Counted from the stretch's first letter, positions 1 through 9,512 are shown. The stretch is DNA of 64,000 nt from a virus (IMGVR_UViG_3300017440_000001:1-64000); one strand, 5' to 3'. Numbers and translations: made by a program. The notes: generated from the letters alone by a model not told the origin.

Positions 1-2
1 AT

Positions 3-1202
3 ATTGAAGCGACGAATCCAGCCGAAGAAGCCAACGTTGCAGCGGTCGAAGCAACGATGATGGAACTCATGCGAACGCCTGTCGTGAAGGCGGGTGCCAT
101 CATGCCTGACGCCTGTCCTGCGGGGCCACTTGGCACCATTCCCGTGGGTGGTGTTATCTCTTCGACTGGTATCCATCCAGGCATGCACTCCGCCGATATT
201 TGCTGCTCCATGGCAATCACGGTCCTGCCGGGCGTAGATCCTGCACAGCTTCTCGATGCCGTTCATCGCGTGACGCATTTCGGCCCCGGAGGGCGACGCG
301 AAGGGCAGAGAGTTCCAATGCCTCTCGACATCATTGCCCAGATGCAAGGCAATAGGTTTCTGCGAGACAAGCTTGAACTCGCGGCCTCAAATTTTGCGAC
401 ACAAGGGGACGGCAATCACTTCGCGTACGTCGGCACAATGAAGTCCACTGGCGATACGGTTTTGGTGACGCATCATGGCTCGCGTGGACCGGGCGCGGCT
501 CTCTACAAGGAGGGCATACGAATTGCCGATCGCACAAGGCTGGAACGCAGTCCTGAGACGCTAAAAGGCAATGCGTGGATTGATTCGGATACAAAAGACG
601 GCGATGATTATTGGGAGGGGTTACAAATCTTGCGTCAATGGACTAAGGCAAGCCATTACGCTATCCACGATATGGCAATCTCGCAAACGGACGGGCGCGC
701 CACGGATCGTTTCTGGAATGAGCACAACTTCGTCTTCCGAAAGAGCGACGGTCTTTTTTATCACGCCAAGGGAGCAACGCCCGCTTTTGCAGGATGGGCC
801 GATGATGCCACCGATCTCACCATTATCCCGCTCAACATGTCTCAGCCAATTCTCATCGTTCGCGGCTCTAATGCCGATAATGGTCTTGGCTTCTCACCCC
901 ATGGTGCGGGCCGTAACTTCTCCCGAACTCAGCATAAGCGAATGATGAGCGGAAAGACTGATGAGGAAATCTTTGCCGAAGAGACCAAGGGCATTGACGC
1001 CCGGTTCTACATGGGAATTGCTGATATCTCGGAACTTCCGAGCGCTTACAAGGACGCCACTACCGTCAGATCGCAGATCGCGAAGTATGGTCTAGCTGAA
1101 GTTGTGGATGAGGTTATCCCTTATGGGTGTATCATGTCCGGCGATTGGGAGCGCGATGCACCTTGGAGGAAAAAGACAAACAAGAACCTAGAAACCGCTT
1201 GA
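3..1202 (+). CDS. rtcB: RtcB-family RNA ligase; N-terminus lies beyond the window edge
   Basis: Frame is open to the window edge. Blocks MPDAC, SADICCSM, GDGNHFAYVG, HHGSRGPG and PHGAGRNFSR match RtcB metal-binding and His-GMP signature blocks. Confidence 0.85.
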   Translation: MEATNPAEEANVAAVEATMMELMRTPVVKAGAIMPDACPAGPLGTIPVGGVISSTGIHPGMHSADICCSMAITVLPGVDPAQLLDAVHRVTHFGPGGRREGQRVPMPLDIIAQMQGNRFLRDKLELAASNFATQGDGNHFAYVGTMKSTGDTVLVTHHGSRGPGAALYKEGIRIADRTRLERSPETLKGNAWIDSDTKDGDDYWEGLQILRQWTKASHYAIHDMAISQTDGRATDRFWNEHNFVFRKSDGLFYHAKGATPAFAGWADDATDLTIIPLNMSQPILIVRGSNADNGLGFSPHGAGRNFSRTQHKRMMSGKTDEEIFAEETKGIDARFYMGIADISELPSAYKDATTVRSQIAKYGLAEVVDEVIPYGCIMSGDWERDAPWRKKTNKNLETA

Positions 1203-1227
1203 CTTTCCCGCCAAAATCCGCTACAAA
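1199..1227 (+). promoter_or_regulatory. sigma70-like promoter TTGACT-N17-TACAAA
   Basis: -35 at 1199-1204 contains the rtcB stop TGA 1200-1202. Spacer is 17 nt; -10 at 1222-1227. Confidence 0.5.
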
Positions 1228-1262
1228 CAACAAGCGCAAAGGTGCGCCTAACAGGAAACTTC

Positions 1263-2030
1263 ATGTCCAAGAACACAGCAGTTGCAACCAAGAATGATGA
1301 TACGGCGCTGGCTCTGGCCGGTGCTTTCGATGATATCGACCTGGGCTTCGGTCAGGTTGACAGTTCCGATTATGCCATTCCCCGCCTTGCCATCCTTGGC
1401 GATCTGAGCCCCCAGGTTAAGAAGCAGAACGCCCGTTATATTGAGGGCGCTGAGCCCGGTATGATTGCCGATGTCGGCATGGGCGAGCTTGTGCCCGATA
1501 GCGTTCTCCATTTCCTGCCCGTCCAGCGCGTCAAGGAATGGATCGAATGGTTCCCGCGCAAGTCGAATAAGGGCATTGCCAATCGCTTCACGCATGACCG
1601 CATTAAGGAGCTTGGCCTTGCGCGCAACGACCGTAACGAGTTCCTGACCCGCGAAGGCAACGAGATCATCGAGCACCATACATATTTTGGCCTCAACCTT
1701 GGCCAGGATAACCGTTGGTCGTTTATCTCGATGAAGAAGAGCAACTTCAAGGCTGAGCGCCCGTTCTTCACGAAGGCTACGGCTATCAAGCTGCCGAGCG
1801 GCAAGCAGGCTCCGCTTTTCTTCAAGTCCTACCTGTTCAAGACTTTCCTTGACGGTACGGACCCGCAGTACTGGAATTGGAAGATCGAAGACGGCCCGAT
1901 GACGCTCGACCTTCCGAACGCTGATGAGGTTATCCGGTCGGCTCTGGCGCTCAAGACGTCGATCGAGACGGGACAGGCCAAGGCCGATATGCGTGATGAT
2001 GTTGTGGACGCAGAGGAGGCTCCGTTTTGA
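1263..2030 (+). CDS. hypothetical protein; possible ssDNA-binding protein
   Basis: ATG 1263 follows AGGAAA. The acidic C-terminus DDVVDAEEAPF ends in Phe, as in T7 gp2.5 and SSB tails. It sits in the replication-module context. No motif-level proof. Confidence 0.55.
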   Translation: MSKNTAVATKNDDTALALAGAFDDIDLGFGQVDSSDYAIPRLAILGDLSPQVKKQNARYIEGAEPGMIADVGMGELVPDSVLHFLPVQRVKEWIEWFPRKSNKGIANRFTHDRIKELGLARNDRNEFLTREGNEIIEHHTYFGLNLGQDNRWSFISMKKSNFKAERPFFTKATAIKLPSGKQAPLFFKSYLFKTFLDGTDPQYWNWKIEDGPMTLDLPNADEVIRSALALKTSIETGQAKADMRDDVVDAEEAPF

Positions 2031-2290
2031 ACTTGAATGTGACTGACAAGGAAAAGTCTCAGCAATTTCTTGGATTGTGGATCGCAACTTTCTTGCGGCC
2101 CTTTATGCTAGGCCTTGTAGGCGGATGTGGAACGTGGATTGCGTCCTTCTTCTTCGGTGGAGTGTTTGCTCAGTTCGCTTGGTTGTTCGGCTTTGATCTC
2201 GTTGCCTTCGGCTTCTTTAGCTTCGGCGCTTGCCTTGGCTTTCTGAGCAGTTTCGTTAAGCCTTTGACGATTAACGTCAGAAATATTTAA
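2027..2290 (+). CDS. small Phe/Gly-rich membrane protein
   Basis: TTG start overlaps the upstream stop (TTTTGA). Hydrophobic throughout. Followed directly by an intrinsic terminator. Confidence 0.45.
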   Translation: MNLNVTDKEKSQQFLGLWIATFLRPFMLGLVGGCGTWIASFFFGGVFAQFAWLFGFDLVAFGFFSFGACLGFLSSFVKPLTINVRNI

Positions 2291-2297
2291 CCCTTTA

Positions 2298-2330
2298 CCC
2301 CAGCGTACACACCATGCGCTGGGGTTTTTG
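2298..2330 (+). terminator. intrinsic terminator
   Basis: Stem CCCCAGCG (2298-2305) pairs with CGCTGGGG (2317-2324), followed by TTTTT. Confidence 0.8.
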
Positions 2331-2347
2331 ATTTGTGGAGAATAGAG

Positions 2348-2563
2348 ATGAAACTTGAGTTTATCGCCGAAAATGATCCCGGTTTCAAGCTAATTTTTGA
2401 GCGTGACAAGTATTGTACTGAGCCAGAAATCGACGTCAAGATTTTCGACGCCGAAACTACAGATTTTTGTAGCTCGGACGTCTTTGGTTTAAACGTCGAA
2501 GACGCTAAGAGGCTTATTGAGTTTTTGACGCGGTTCATTGAAGGGGTTGAAAATAATGGCTGA
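2348..2563 (+). CDS. hypothetical protein
   Basis: ATG 2348 follows GGAGAATAGAG. No recognisable motif. Confidence 0.55.
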   Translation: MKLEFIAENDPGFKLIFERDKYCTEPEIDVKIFDAETTDFCSSDVFGLNVEDAKRLIEFLTRFIEGVENNG

Positions 2564-3107
2564 TCTTTCCGTCTTTGAAACCGCCGCCCCGACTGGCGAC
2601 ATCAACACCGTCCGCAAGCTCGCGGAAGAGCTTCGCGATCTGGAGACCCAGGTTGCGGAACTGGAGGAGACCGTCAAGCTTCTGAAGGCGCGTGTCGATG
2701 AGATTCGTTTCAATGAGTTACCTGAGATGATGGCTGACATGGGAATGGATAAGCTATCGCTTGCTGACGGCTTCACAATCAAGATCGGAGACATGATCAC
2801 GGGTAGCTTGCCTAAGGACCCTGAGAAGCGTGCCAAGGCGCTTGAGCTTATCGATAGCTATGAAGCCTCTGGTCTCTGCAAGAACGTCGTCTCTATGGAT
2901 TTCTCGCGCAATGAGCACAACCGGGCTCTAGCCTTGGCCGCTGATCTCCGTGACCAGGGGTTCAATGCCGACGTGAAGACAGACATTCACCATTCGACGC
3001 TTTGCGCTTTCGTTCGCGAGCGTTTGAAGAAGGGCGAACCTGTTGATGCTGAGGCGCTTGGCGTCTTTGTGAAGCGTAAGGCTGAAACAAGTTTTGGAGG
3101 TAAATGA
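2556..3107 (+). CDS. hypothetical coiled-coil protein
   Basis: ATG 2556 overlaps the upstream gene end (ATGGCTGA). N-terminal heptad-like segment LAEELRDLETQVAELEETVKLLKARV. Confidence 0.6.
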   Translation: MADLSVFETAAPTGDINTVRKLAEELRDLETQVAELEETVKLLKARVDEIRFNELPEMMADMGMDKLSLADGFTIKIGDMITGSLPKDPEKRAKALELIDSYEASGLCKNVVSMDFSRNEHNRALALAADLRDQGFNADVKTDIHHSTLCAFVRERLKKGEPVDAEALGVFVKRKAETSFGGK

Positions 3108-3268
3108 TGCTGCAGACTGGAATAATCGGCCTTCTTCTAGGCGCGGCAATCCTAAATTTCATCACTATGTCTAAGTCGCAGCTAGGCGACATGACAGGTT
3201 TTGCTTGCGGCGTTTGCTCTATTGCCTGTCTTGGTTTTGCAGGCTTTTTGATTGGAGGATTGCTCTAG
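3104..3268 (+). CDS. 54-aa membrane peptide (below ORF-track cutoff)
   Basis: ATG overlaps the upstream stop (ATGA). Translation is MMLQTGIIGLLLGAAILNF...GFLIGGLL, with two hydrophobic segments. Stop overlaps the next start (TAGTG). Confidence 0.45.
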   Translation: MMLQTGIIGLLLGAAILNFITMSKSQLGDMTGFACGVCSIACLGFAGFLIGGLL

Positions 3269-3549
3269 TGACCGCGAACGAAATTCTTGATCTACCGATG
3301 AACGAAAACGATGCAGGCGCTGCAACCATTCGAGACTATTTCAAGAAGCTTCTTTTGGGGCTATGGGTTGAAGGAGAAGGCTTTTCTGCTAAGCGACCGT
3401 TTGGAAATAGCAGTTGGGACATGGAAATCTACACGACTCTAGTCGAGCATCATCTTATTAAGGGAAACTTTGATGAAGATTTTCTCATTGAAAATGTAGA
3501 CTATGAGGCGGGCAATCGTCTTGTCCTTGGATTGATTGAAGCGCTATGA
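3268..3549 (+). CDS. hypothetical protein
   Basis: GTG 3268 is in frame with ORF 3205-3549 and is coupled to the upstream micro-ORF stop. Confidence 0.55.
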   Translation: MTANEILDLPMNENDAGAATIRDYFKKLLLGLWVEGEGFSAKRPFGNSSWDMEIYTTLVEHHLIKGNFDEDFLIENVDYEAGNRLVLGLIEAL

Positions 3550-3980
3550 GCAAAAACACAATCGTTGTAGACCTCGACGGCATTATTTGCGACACGACGG
3601 CCCGCAATCATCTGCTAGATGTTGACTGGCATACGTATCATGATGCCCTAACCTCAGACACACCGTATGAGGCGACTGTCTCTATCCTTCAGGGCCTATC
3701 GGAAATCGGCTATGAGATCCTGGTCGTGACAGGGCGTCCGGCCCGCTACGATAGCCAGACGATTGCATGGCTGACGCGCAACCACGTTCCCGTTGACGAG
3801 GTGCTGATGCGCCCTGAGAACGATTATCGGAATGAGGTCGAAGTCAAGATTGATCTGCTGGCGGGTTTCTTTGGATCACTAGAGGAAGCGCAGCGGAACG
3901 TCTTGGTCGGGCTGGAGACGCGCGAGAAGGTGATTGAGGGGATGAGGAATTCCGGCTTTGAGATTTGGAGCGTGCGATGA
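3546..3980 (+). CDS. HAD-superfamily phosphatase (polynucleotide 3'-phosphatase / nucleotidase-like)
   Basis: HAD motif I VVDLDGIICDT, motif II VVTGRP, and downstream K...D region. Small capless architecture, as in phage Pnk phosphatase domains. Confidence 0.65.
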   Translation: MSKNTIVVDLDGIICDTTARNHLLDVDWHTYHDALTSDTPYEATVSILQGLSEIGYEILVVTGRPARYDSQTIAWLTRNHVPVDEVLMRPENDYRNEVEVKIDLLAGFFGSLEEAQRNVLVGLETREKVIEGMRNSGFEIWSVR

Positions 3981-4309
3981 AAAATCCAATTATAGAAGCG
4001 TTAGCCCAACGAATTGCCGAATATGATTCGCGTGACATGAGCCGTATTGAACTTAAAATCTGGGCTCATAAAGTTCGAAATAACTTAGCTGGCGTTTATG
4101 ATGAGGAAAGCAAGGGAATGGATAAATACATCTCAACAAAAGAAGACTATCATTCTTGCGGCTGTATTGGCCCTCAAAACGGACAGCCGCTTTGCCCTTG
4201 TATGATGCGAGGCGTAACAATTGAGAACGGGCGTTATGTCAAGAAGCAGGATCTTGGCCCCGTGGACGAAAAGAGCCGCTTTGATTTTGGGAGCTTCGGG
4301 AAGCTATGA
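3977..4309 (+). CDS. hypothetical Cys-rich protein
   Basis: ATGA overlap with the upstream stop. Contains motif HSCGCIGPQNGQPLCPC. Confidence 0.6.
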   Translation: MKNPIIEALAQRIAEYDSRDMSRIELKIWAHKVRNNLAGVYDEESKGMDKYISTKEDYHSCGCIGPQNGQPLCPCMMRGVTIENGRYVKKQDLGPVDEKSRFDFGSFGKL

Positions 4310-4542
4310 CAAAGAAAACCTCAGACGGCGGCATCACAAGCTATTACGAATTGCCACCCGGCGCTACTGAACTCAACGATCTCATTGAACACAAGAACAT
4401 GAGCTTTGCAGTCGGCAACATCTTCAAGGCGGCATATCGCCTTGGTGAAAAGGACGGCGCCGAAGAAGGCTATGACCTTCGCAAGATCATCTTTTTCGCT
4501 AAGCGCCGCCTCAAGCAGATTGGAGTGTCAGATGCTGTTTAA
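4306..4542 (+). CDS. DUF3310-like small phage protein
   Basis: Pattern SYYE..IE..DLIE...F..GNIFKAAYRLG.K......DL.K resembles the DUF3310 family. Confidence 0.5.
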   Translation: MTKKTSDGGITSYYELPPGATELNDLIEHKNMSFAVGNIFKAAYRLGEKDGAEEGYDLRKIIFFAKRRLKQIGVSDAV

Positions 4543-4870
4543 ACGCTTCGACGTTTCCCATACACACGTCCAGATCGATGAAGACGTAATCCCGCGTCCT
4601 TCTTATATCGGGGCTTCTCAGTGGATGAAGTTTTGGCAGGAAGTGAGCGACGCTCAGGATCGCGGAGGGTGGCAGGAGGGATTTGATGCAGGGTTGGACC
4701 AAGGACGGCAAGAGGCTTATGAAGATAATAAAGCGGAGATTTTAGCTATTGAACAGCACCATGACCGAGAGCTTGCTAAGCTAGAAGGCCAACTGAACGA
4801 CATCGAAGAAGAAGCTTATGCTCGTGGACAACGAGATGGCATTAATACAACCATGGAATCTTCTTTGTGA
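4532..4870 (+). CDS. hypothetical protein
   Basis: ATG 4532 follows GGAG (4522-4525). In frame with ORF 4406-4870. Confidence 0.55.
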   Translation: MLFKRFDVSHTHVQIDEDVIPRPSYIGASQWMKFWQEVSDAQDRGGWQEGFDAGLDQGRQEAYEDNKAEILAIEQHHDRELAKLEGQLNDIEEEAYARGQRDGINTTMESSL

Positions 4871-5400
4871 AGTGGTTCATCTTCGACTGGGAAACCAGCG
4901 GCCTTATTTCTAACACACAAAGACCGCTGAATAAACAACCTCACGGCATCGAACTTTACGGATGCATCCTCAATACAGAGACATTTGAGATTGAAGACGA
5001 GATCGATACGTTTCTAGATCCTGGCATTGCGATCAGTGCCGAGATCACGAAGATCACGGGCATTACGCCTGAAATGCTTGTTGGAGCGCCAAAGTTCGAT
5101 ACGATCGCGGATCGGCTTTGCCTGATGATTGAGGGGGCGGATGCAGTTGTTGCCCATAATTTGAGCTACGATAAGCCGTTGACTGATTTTGAGTATGCAA
5201 GGCTAGGGCAGACGATTGAATGGCCGAAGCTGATTTGCTCTCTGGAGGCGACTGAGTGGGTTTGCGGCTATAGGCTGTCGCTTTCGGCCTTGTATGAACA
5301 CTTGTTCGGTGAGCCGTTTGCTGGCTCACACAGAGCGCGTGTGGACGTTCAGGCGTTGACACGATGCGTTGTCGAAATGATCAAGAGAGGTTTGCTATGA
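4867..5400 (+). CDS. DnaQ-like (DEDDh) 3'-5' exonuclease
   Basis: Exo I FDWETSGL, Exo II VAHNLSYD, Exo III HRARVDV. Lies just upstream of the polymerase gene. Confidence 0.85.
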   Translation: MKWFIFDWETSGLISNTQRPLNKQPHGIELYGCILNTETFEIEDEIDTFLDPGIAISAEITKITGITPEMLVGAPKFDTIADRLCLMIEGADAVVAHNLSYDKPLTDFEYARLGQTIEWPKLICSLEATEWVCGYRLSLSALYEHLFGEPFAGSHRARVDVQALTRCVVEMIKRGLL

Positions 5401-5660
5401 GCAACATCCCTGAATTCTACGATGGTGGAGATGACGATGATGATTTCGAGCCAGACTTGATCGGCGAAGAACTGACGTTCGAACGCATCAATGCCTTTCT
5501 TGCGGAACTCAAAGAGATGAGCCTTCGCCACAAGATCCAGATTGCTGGCAGGACGGCGCTTGATCCTTTTCTCTTGCATTTGGATGCTAAGGACGGCTAT
5601 TACTATGCAGACGAAGACGGTGAGGGCATCGGATTCATTTACGGGACGCTTATTCAGTGA
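5397..5660 (+). CDS. hypothetical acidic protein
   Basis: ATGA overlap at 5397. Asp-rich N-terminus. Confidence 0.55.
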   Translation: MSNIPEFYDGGDDDDDFEPDLIGEELTFERINAFLAELKEMSLRHKIQIAGRTALDPFLLHLDAKDGYYYADEDGEGIGFIYGTLIQ

Positions 5661-8500
5661 TCAAGACAAGCTTTAGTTTCCGCCACGCCTATGGCTCTCC
5701 GAAAGAAGCCGTTCAGCGTCTCAAGAATATTGGCTGGCAAGACGCCCCTCTAGCCGATACAACCGTTTTTGGCTATGACGAATGGAACAACGCGGCGACT
5801 GAGGCGGGGCTAAAGCCTATCTTCGGTGCGACCATTGCCGTAACGCCATCACTGAACGCCAAGAAGCCCATCCTAGACGGTTTCACGTTCTTGGCGAAGG
5901 ATTCCATCCAGCCTATCAATCTTCTCGTTGGACGGGCAACGTATCAGTTTCGTTACGTTCCTCAGCTTAGCTATGAGGACATCCGAAACGTCGAAGGCGT
6001 CTTCAAGATCGCGGGTTATAAGGCGCGGCTCGATGAGCTAGATCCGGCAGACGAGAATCTGTTTATCGGGCTCAGCGTTGCAACGCCAAAGGGCTTTATT
6101 CGCGAAGCGCAGAAGCGCGGTTTCCGGTTCATCGCGCATCAGGAGAATCGATACGCGATCGAAGATCAGCGCTATGACTATGAGACGGCGTGCGGGCGGG
6201 GAAGCTCGTTGCAGACGTATCCGCAGCATATTTTGAGTGATGATGAGTGGCGCGCTGCCATGGATGCTAAGGGTCTTGGCGAAATCGTCTCTAAAGCGCT
6301 TTGGTGGCAGGGATATGTATTCGAAAGCTGTAACGCCACACTTCCCAAGGGAACGCTCATCAAGCCTCACCGCGAGAAGAGCCTTCGCCAGATGTGTGAG
6401 GACGGTGCGGCCAAGATCGGTGTAGACTTGGGCGATCCTGTCTATAACGAGCGGCTGACCATGGAGCTACAGGTTATTGAGGAGAAGGGTTTCAGCGACT
6501 ATTTCTATCTCCTCGGCGATCTCATGCAGTTCTGCCGTTCTGAAATGCTGTGCGGTGCGGGCCGTGGCTCTTCTGCGGGCTCGCTTCTTTGCTATCTCCT
6601 TGGAATTACGCAGATTGATCCGATCAAGTACAATCTTCTGTTCTGGCGCTTCATCGATCCGAACCGTCCTGATATGCCCGATATTGATTCCGACGTTCCC
6701 GATACGGAGCGAAAGAGCGGCATCATTTGGGACTATTTGAAGGATAAGTACGGCAAAGAAAACTTCGCTCAGCTTGGAGCGGTCGGTACGTTTCAGGCCA
6801 AGAATTCCATGCGCGAGACGGCCAAGGCTATGGGGATCTCGCCGTTTGAGACTAACCCCGTGGTCTCGACTGTCGCTAAGTTTGCAGCGGGCGATGAGCG
6901 AAAGGACAGAGCGCTTCAGGACGTTTTCGAAGGAACGGCAACGGGCAAGGCCTTTATAGCAAAGCATCCTGAGATGGAAGTGGCAGGTCGGCTTGGCGGT
7001 CGGCCTTCTCACGCTTCTACCCATGCTTCCGCTGTCGTCGTGACGCAAGATCCTGTTAGCAACTACGTGGCAGTCGATGCACGGACTGGTACAGCGCAGA
7101 TTGAAGGGACGGTTGCCGAGAAGCGAGGGCTCCTGAAGCTGGATGTTCTTGGGCTTCTATCTTTGTCTATCTTTCAGGACACGCTTAAGCTAGCTGGTCT
7201 TCCCGTGGATTATCTCTCGACTATTCCGCTAGATGATCCCGCAGCCTTCGAAGTCCTCAACAGCGGTCGCCACGTCGGCTTGTTCCAATTCAGTGGCCGC
7301 GCTCTTTCTAATCTGACGAAGGAAGTCACGGTTACATCGTTCGACGACATCGCGGCGCTCAGTTCGCTTGCCCGTCCTGGTCCCTTGGATTCGGGAGCCG
7401 CCGCCGCTTGGGCACGCCGCAAGAATGGCAAGGAAGAAGTCACATACGCTCATGAGTTGCTAAAACCTTATTTGTCTGCAACTTATGGTATTATGTGCTA
7501 TCAAGAGCAACTGATGTTGATCGCGCGCGAAGTTGCTGGTCTTGACTGGAAAGACGTGGCAGCACTACGAAAGGCTGTCGGTAAGTCTCTTGGTCCTGAA
7601 GCGATGCGGGCTTATGGCGAACCCTTCAAGGAAGGTCTGGTAAAGGCTGGATTTACACAGGAGCTTGCCGATAAGTTCTGGGTGGAAGTCCTCGGCTATT
7701 CGAAGTATTCCTTCAATGCAAGTCATGCCGTAGCCTATGGTGTCACGTCCTATTGGTCATGCTGGCTCAAGGCTCACTATCCACTTGAGTTCGCCGCCGC
7801 TGCCTTGACGCACCAAGACGACACGGAAAAACAGATTGCGCTTCTACGTGAACTCGCACAGGAAGGCATCGAGTTCGTTCCGGTTCATCCCGACCTTTCG
7901 GATTTGGCGTGGAAGGTCGGATGGGTTGACGGCAAGAAGAAGCTCATCGGGCCTGTGACTTCGGTTCGGGGCCTTGGCCCTAAGATGGCTCAGTCGATTG
8001 CCTCGGCGCGTGCCAGGAACGAACCACTAAGCGATCGGGCGCAAAAGTTGCTCAGCAATCCGAAGACGGATCTTGATGACCTCTGGCCTATCAAGACGGC
8101 GATTGAGTCTATCGATTTGGTGACAAAGGGTATCACGACCAAACCGACACGATGCGTTGACGCTGTACCGAACGGAGACTGGCAGGAAGATATCGTCGTT
8201 GTAGGCGTTGCCAATGTCATCAAGAAGCGTTCAGAGAACGAGGTGGAGCGGCAGAACGATCGGGTGGAACGCGGCCAGGAACGCTTGAAGCCTGAGCCGG
8301 CAGACTTCGTTGAGATCCGATTGGCCGACGATACGGCAGGCGTCTACGCTAAGATCGGGATCAAGTATTATGCGGCTCTCGCGCCGAAAGTTCTTGACTT
8401 GGCGCAGGGAAAGGTGATATTAGCTGTCAAGGGAACGATCTGCCCAGCCGCACCAGTTATGCTGGCAAAACAGATTCGTGTGATTGGAGAGATGAAATGA
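5657..8500 (+). CDS. dnaE: DNA polymerase III alpha-like (DnaE family) replicative polymerase
   Basis: GAGRGSSAGSLLCYLLGITQIDPIKYNLLFWRFIDPNRPDMPDIDSDV, LKLDVLGL, LFQFSG, LARPGP, YQEQLM and FNASHAVAYG match DnaE palm/fingers blocks. The N-terminal PHP HxH motif is absent. Confidence 0.9.
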   Translation: MIKTSFSFRHAYGSPKEAVQRLKNIGWQDAPLADTTVFGYDEWNNAATEAGLKPIFGATIAVTPSLNAKKPILDGFTFLAKDSIQPINLLVGRATYQFRYVPQLSYEDIRNVEGVFKIAGYKARLDELDPADENLFIGLSVATPKGFIREAQKRGFRFIAHQENRYAIEDQRYDYETACGRGSSLQTYPQHILSDDEWRAAMDAKGLGEIVSKALWWQGYVFESCNATLPKGTLIKPHREKSLRQMCEDGAAKIGVDLGDPVYNERLTMELQVIEEKGFSDYFYLLGDLMQFCRSEMLCGAGRGSSAGSLLCYLLGITQIDPIKYNLLFWRFIDPNRPDMPDIDSDVPDTERKSGIIWDYLKDKYGKENFAQLGAVGTFQAKNSMRETAKAMGISPFETNPVVSTVAKFAAGDERKDRALQDVFEGTATGKAFIAKHPEMEVAGRLGGRPSHASTHASAVVVTQDPVSNYVAVDARTGTAQIEGTVAEKRGLLKLDVLGLLSLSIFQDTLKLAGLPVDYLSTIPLDDPAAFEVLNSGRHVGLFQFSGRALSNLTKEVTVTSFDDIAALSSLARPGPLDSGAAAAWARRKNGKEEVTYAHELLKPYLSATYGIMCYQEQLMLIAREVAGLDWKDVAALRKAVGKSLGPEAMRAYGEPFKEGLVKAGFTQELADKFWVEVLGYSKYSFNASHAVAYGVTSYWSCWLKAHYPLEFAAAALTHQDDTEKQIALLRELAQEGIEFVPVHPDLSDLAWKVGWVDGKKKLIGPVTSVRGLGPKMAQSIASARARNEPLSDRAQKLLSNPKTDLDDLWPIKTAIESIDLVTKGITTKPTRCVDAVPNGDWQEDIVVVGVANVIKKRSENEVERQNDRVERGQERLKPEPADFVEIRLADDTAGVYAKIGIKYYAALAPKVLDLAQGKVILAVKGTICPAAPVMLAKQIRVIGEMK

Positions 8501-8769
8501 AAGTCGTAATCTATGATTCAAATAATTCAGGTGGAGACTGGTGGCTAACAGATCAAAACTGGAAGGATCTACAAACTGCGGGTTGGTTTGTTAATTGGGA
8601 AAAAGAGCGATGGCTTGGTGCGCTAGCAATTAGCGCAAAGCGTTATGGTCTATCGGAAGAAGAGGCTATTTCAGAATTCGAGACCATTACCGGCGAATCC
8701 GCAGAAGATCCTGGTTGTCCTTGCTGTGGACAGCCACATGAATTTTATTGTCGAGAAGAAAATGACTAA
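8497..8769 (+). CDS. hypothetical protein (CPCCG motif)
   Basis: ATGA overlap with the dnaE stop. Confidence 0.55.
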   Translation: MKVVIYDSNNSGGDWWLTDQNWKDLQTAGWFVNWEKERWLGALAISAKRYGLSEEEAISEFETITGESAEDPGCPCCGQPHEFYCREEND

Positions 8770-9064
8770 CAATTGCTCAGCCGAAGATTATTCATCCTCT
8801 CACCGCAAAGGCCGTCTCGAATACCTCGGCCAACGCTTCCTCATCGTCAAGCAGCGAAAGGCCGGCAAGCCCATGCCCAACCACTTCGCGCTTCTCACTA
8901 TGGACCTTGAGCCCGTGTCGTTGGGCTCTAATTTCAAGACAAAGGAGTGGCCACACGGTCCGCAGACAGAAGACGACTGGCTGGGCTTGTTCAAGGAGTG
9001 TTTTCCTGATACGGATCATGGGCGCAAGGCGCTGAAGGAAGCGATGGAAAGGGTTGTGGGATGA
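8762..9064 (+). CDS. hypothetical protein
   Basis: ATG 8762 overlaps the upstream end (ATGACTAA). Confidence 0.55.
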   Translation: MTNNCSAEDYSSSHRKGRLEYLGQRFLIVKQRKAGKPMPNHFALLTMDLEPVSLGSNFKTKEWPHGPQTEDDWLGLFKECFPDTDHGRKALKEAMERVVG

Positions 9065-9372
9065 CGTGGTATGTTGGGCAGAGGGTTGTTTGCGTTAAAG
9101 AGGCGAGAAATGAATATAGAAGAAGCGCAGAAAAAGAAATTGATGTAAAGAAAGGAACTGTTTATACGATTAGGCATGTTCGTAAATCTGTAGTTCATGA
9201 GGGATTTTCTTTTCTTTTTGAAGAAATTAAGAACCCAATCCTATCCTATAGAGAGGGATTTGCCGAAATGGCCTTTCCTGATTTTCGTTTCCGCCCCATT
9301 GACGAATCCAAGATCGACTGCCTGCGTGAGCACCTGACGAAGGTTCCGAAATCTGTGAAGGAGGATGCTTGA
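9061..9372 (+). CDS. hypothetical protein
   Basis: ATGA overlap. Locally AT-rich. Confidence 0.55.
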   Translation: MTWYVGQRVVCVKEARNEYRRSAEKEIDVKKGTVYTIRHVRKSVVHEGFSFLFEEIKNPILSYREGFAEMAFPDFRFRPIDESKIDCLREHLTKVPKSVKEDA

Positions 9373-9512
9373 TGGCTAAGTACATTTCGCGTTATGGAAC
9401 AGACGGTTTTTATCTTAAGAAGAAGCCTGAGCTAGATGCACTCAAGAAAGTGTCTGCAATCGACCTAATCAAGGCTATCGGAAAGGAGATGCGTAATGAG
9501 CGACTGGATTGA
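9372..9512 (+). CDS. 46-aa hypothetical peptide (below ORF-track cutoff)
   Basis: ATG 9372 shares one base with the upstream stop TGA 9370-9372 (TGATG). Translation MAKYISRYGTDGFYLKKKPELDALKK.... Confidence 0.4.
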   Translation: MAKYISRYGTDGFYLKKKPELDALKKVSAIDLIKAIGKEMRNERLD

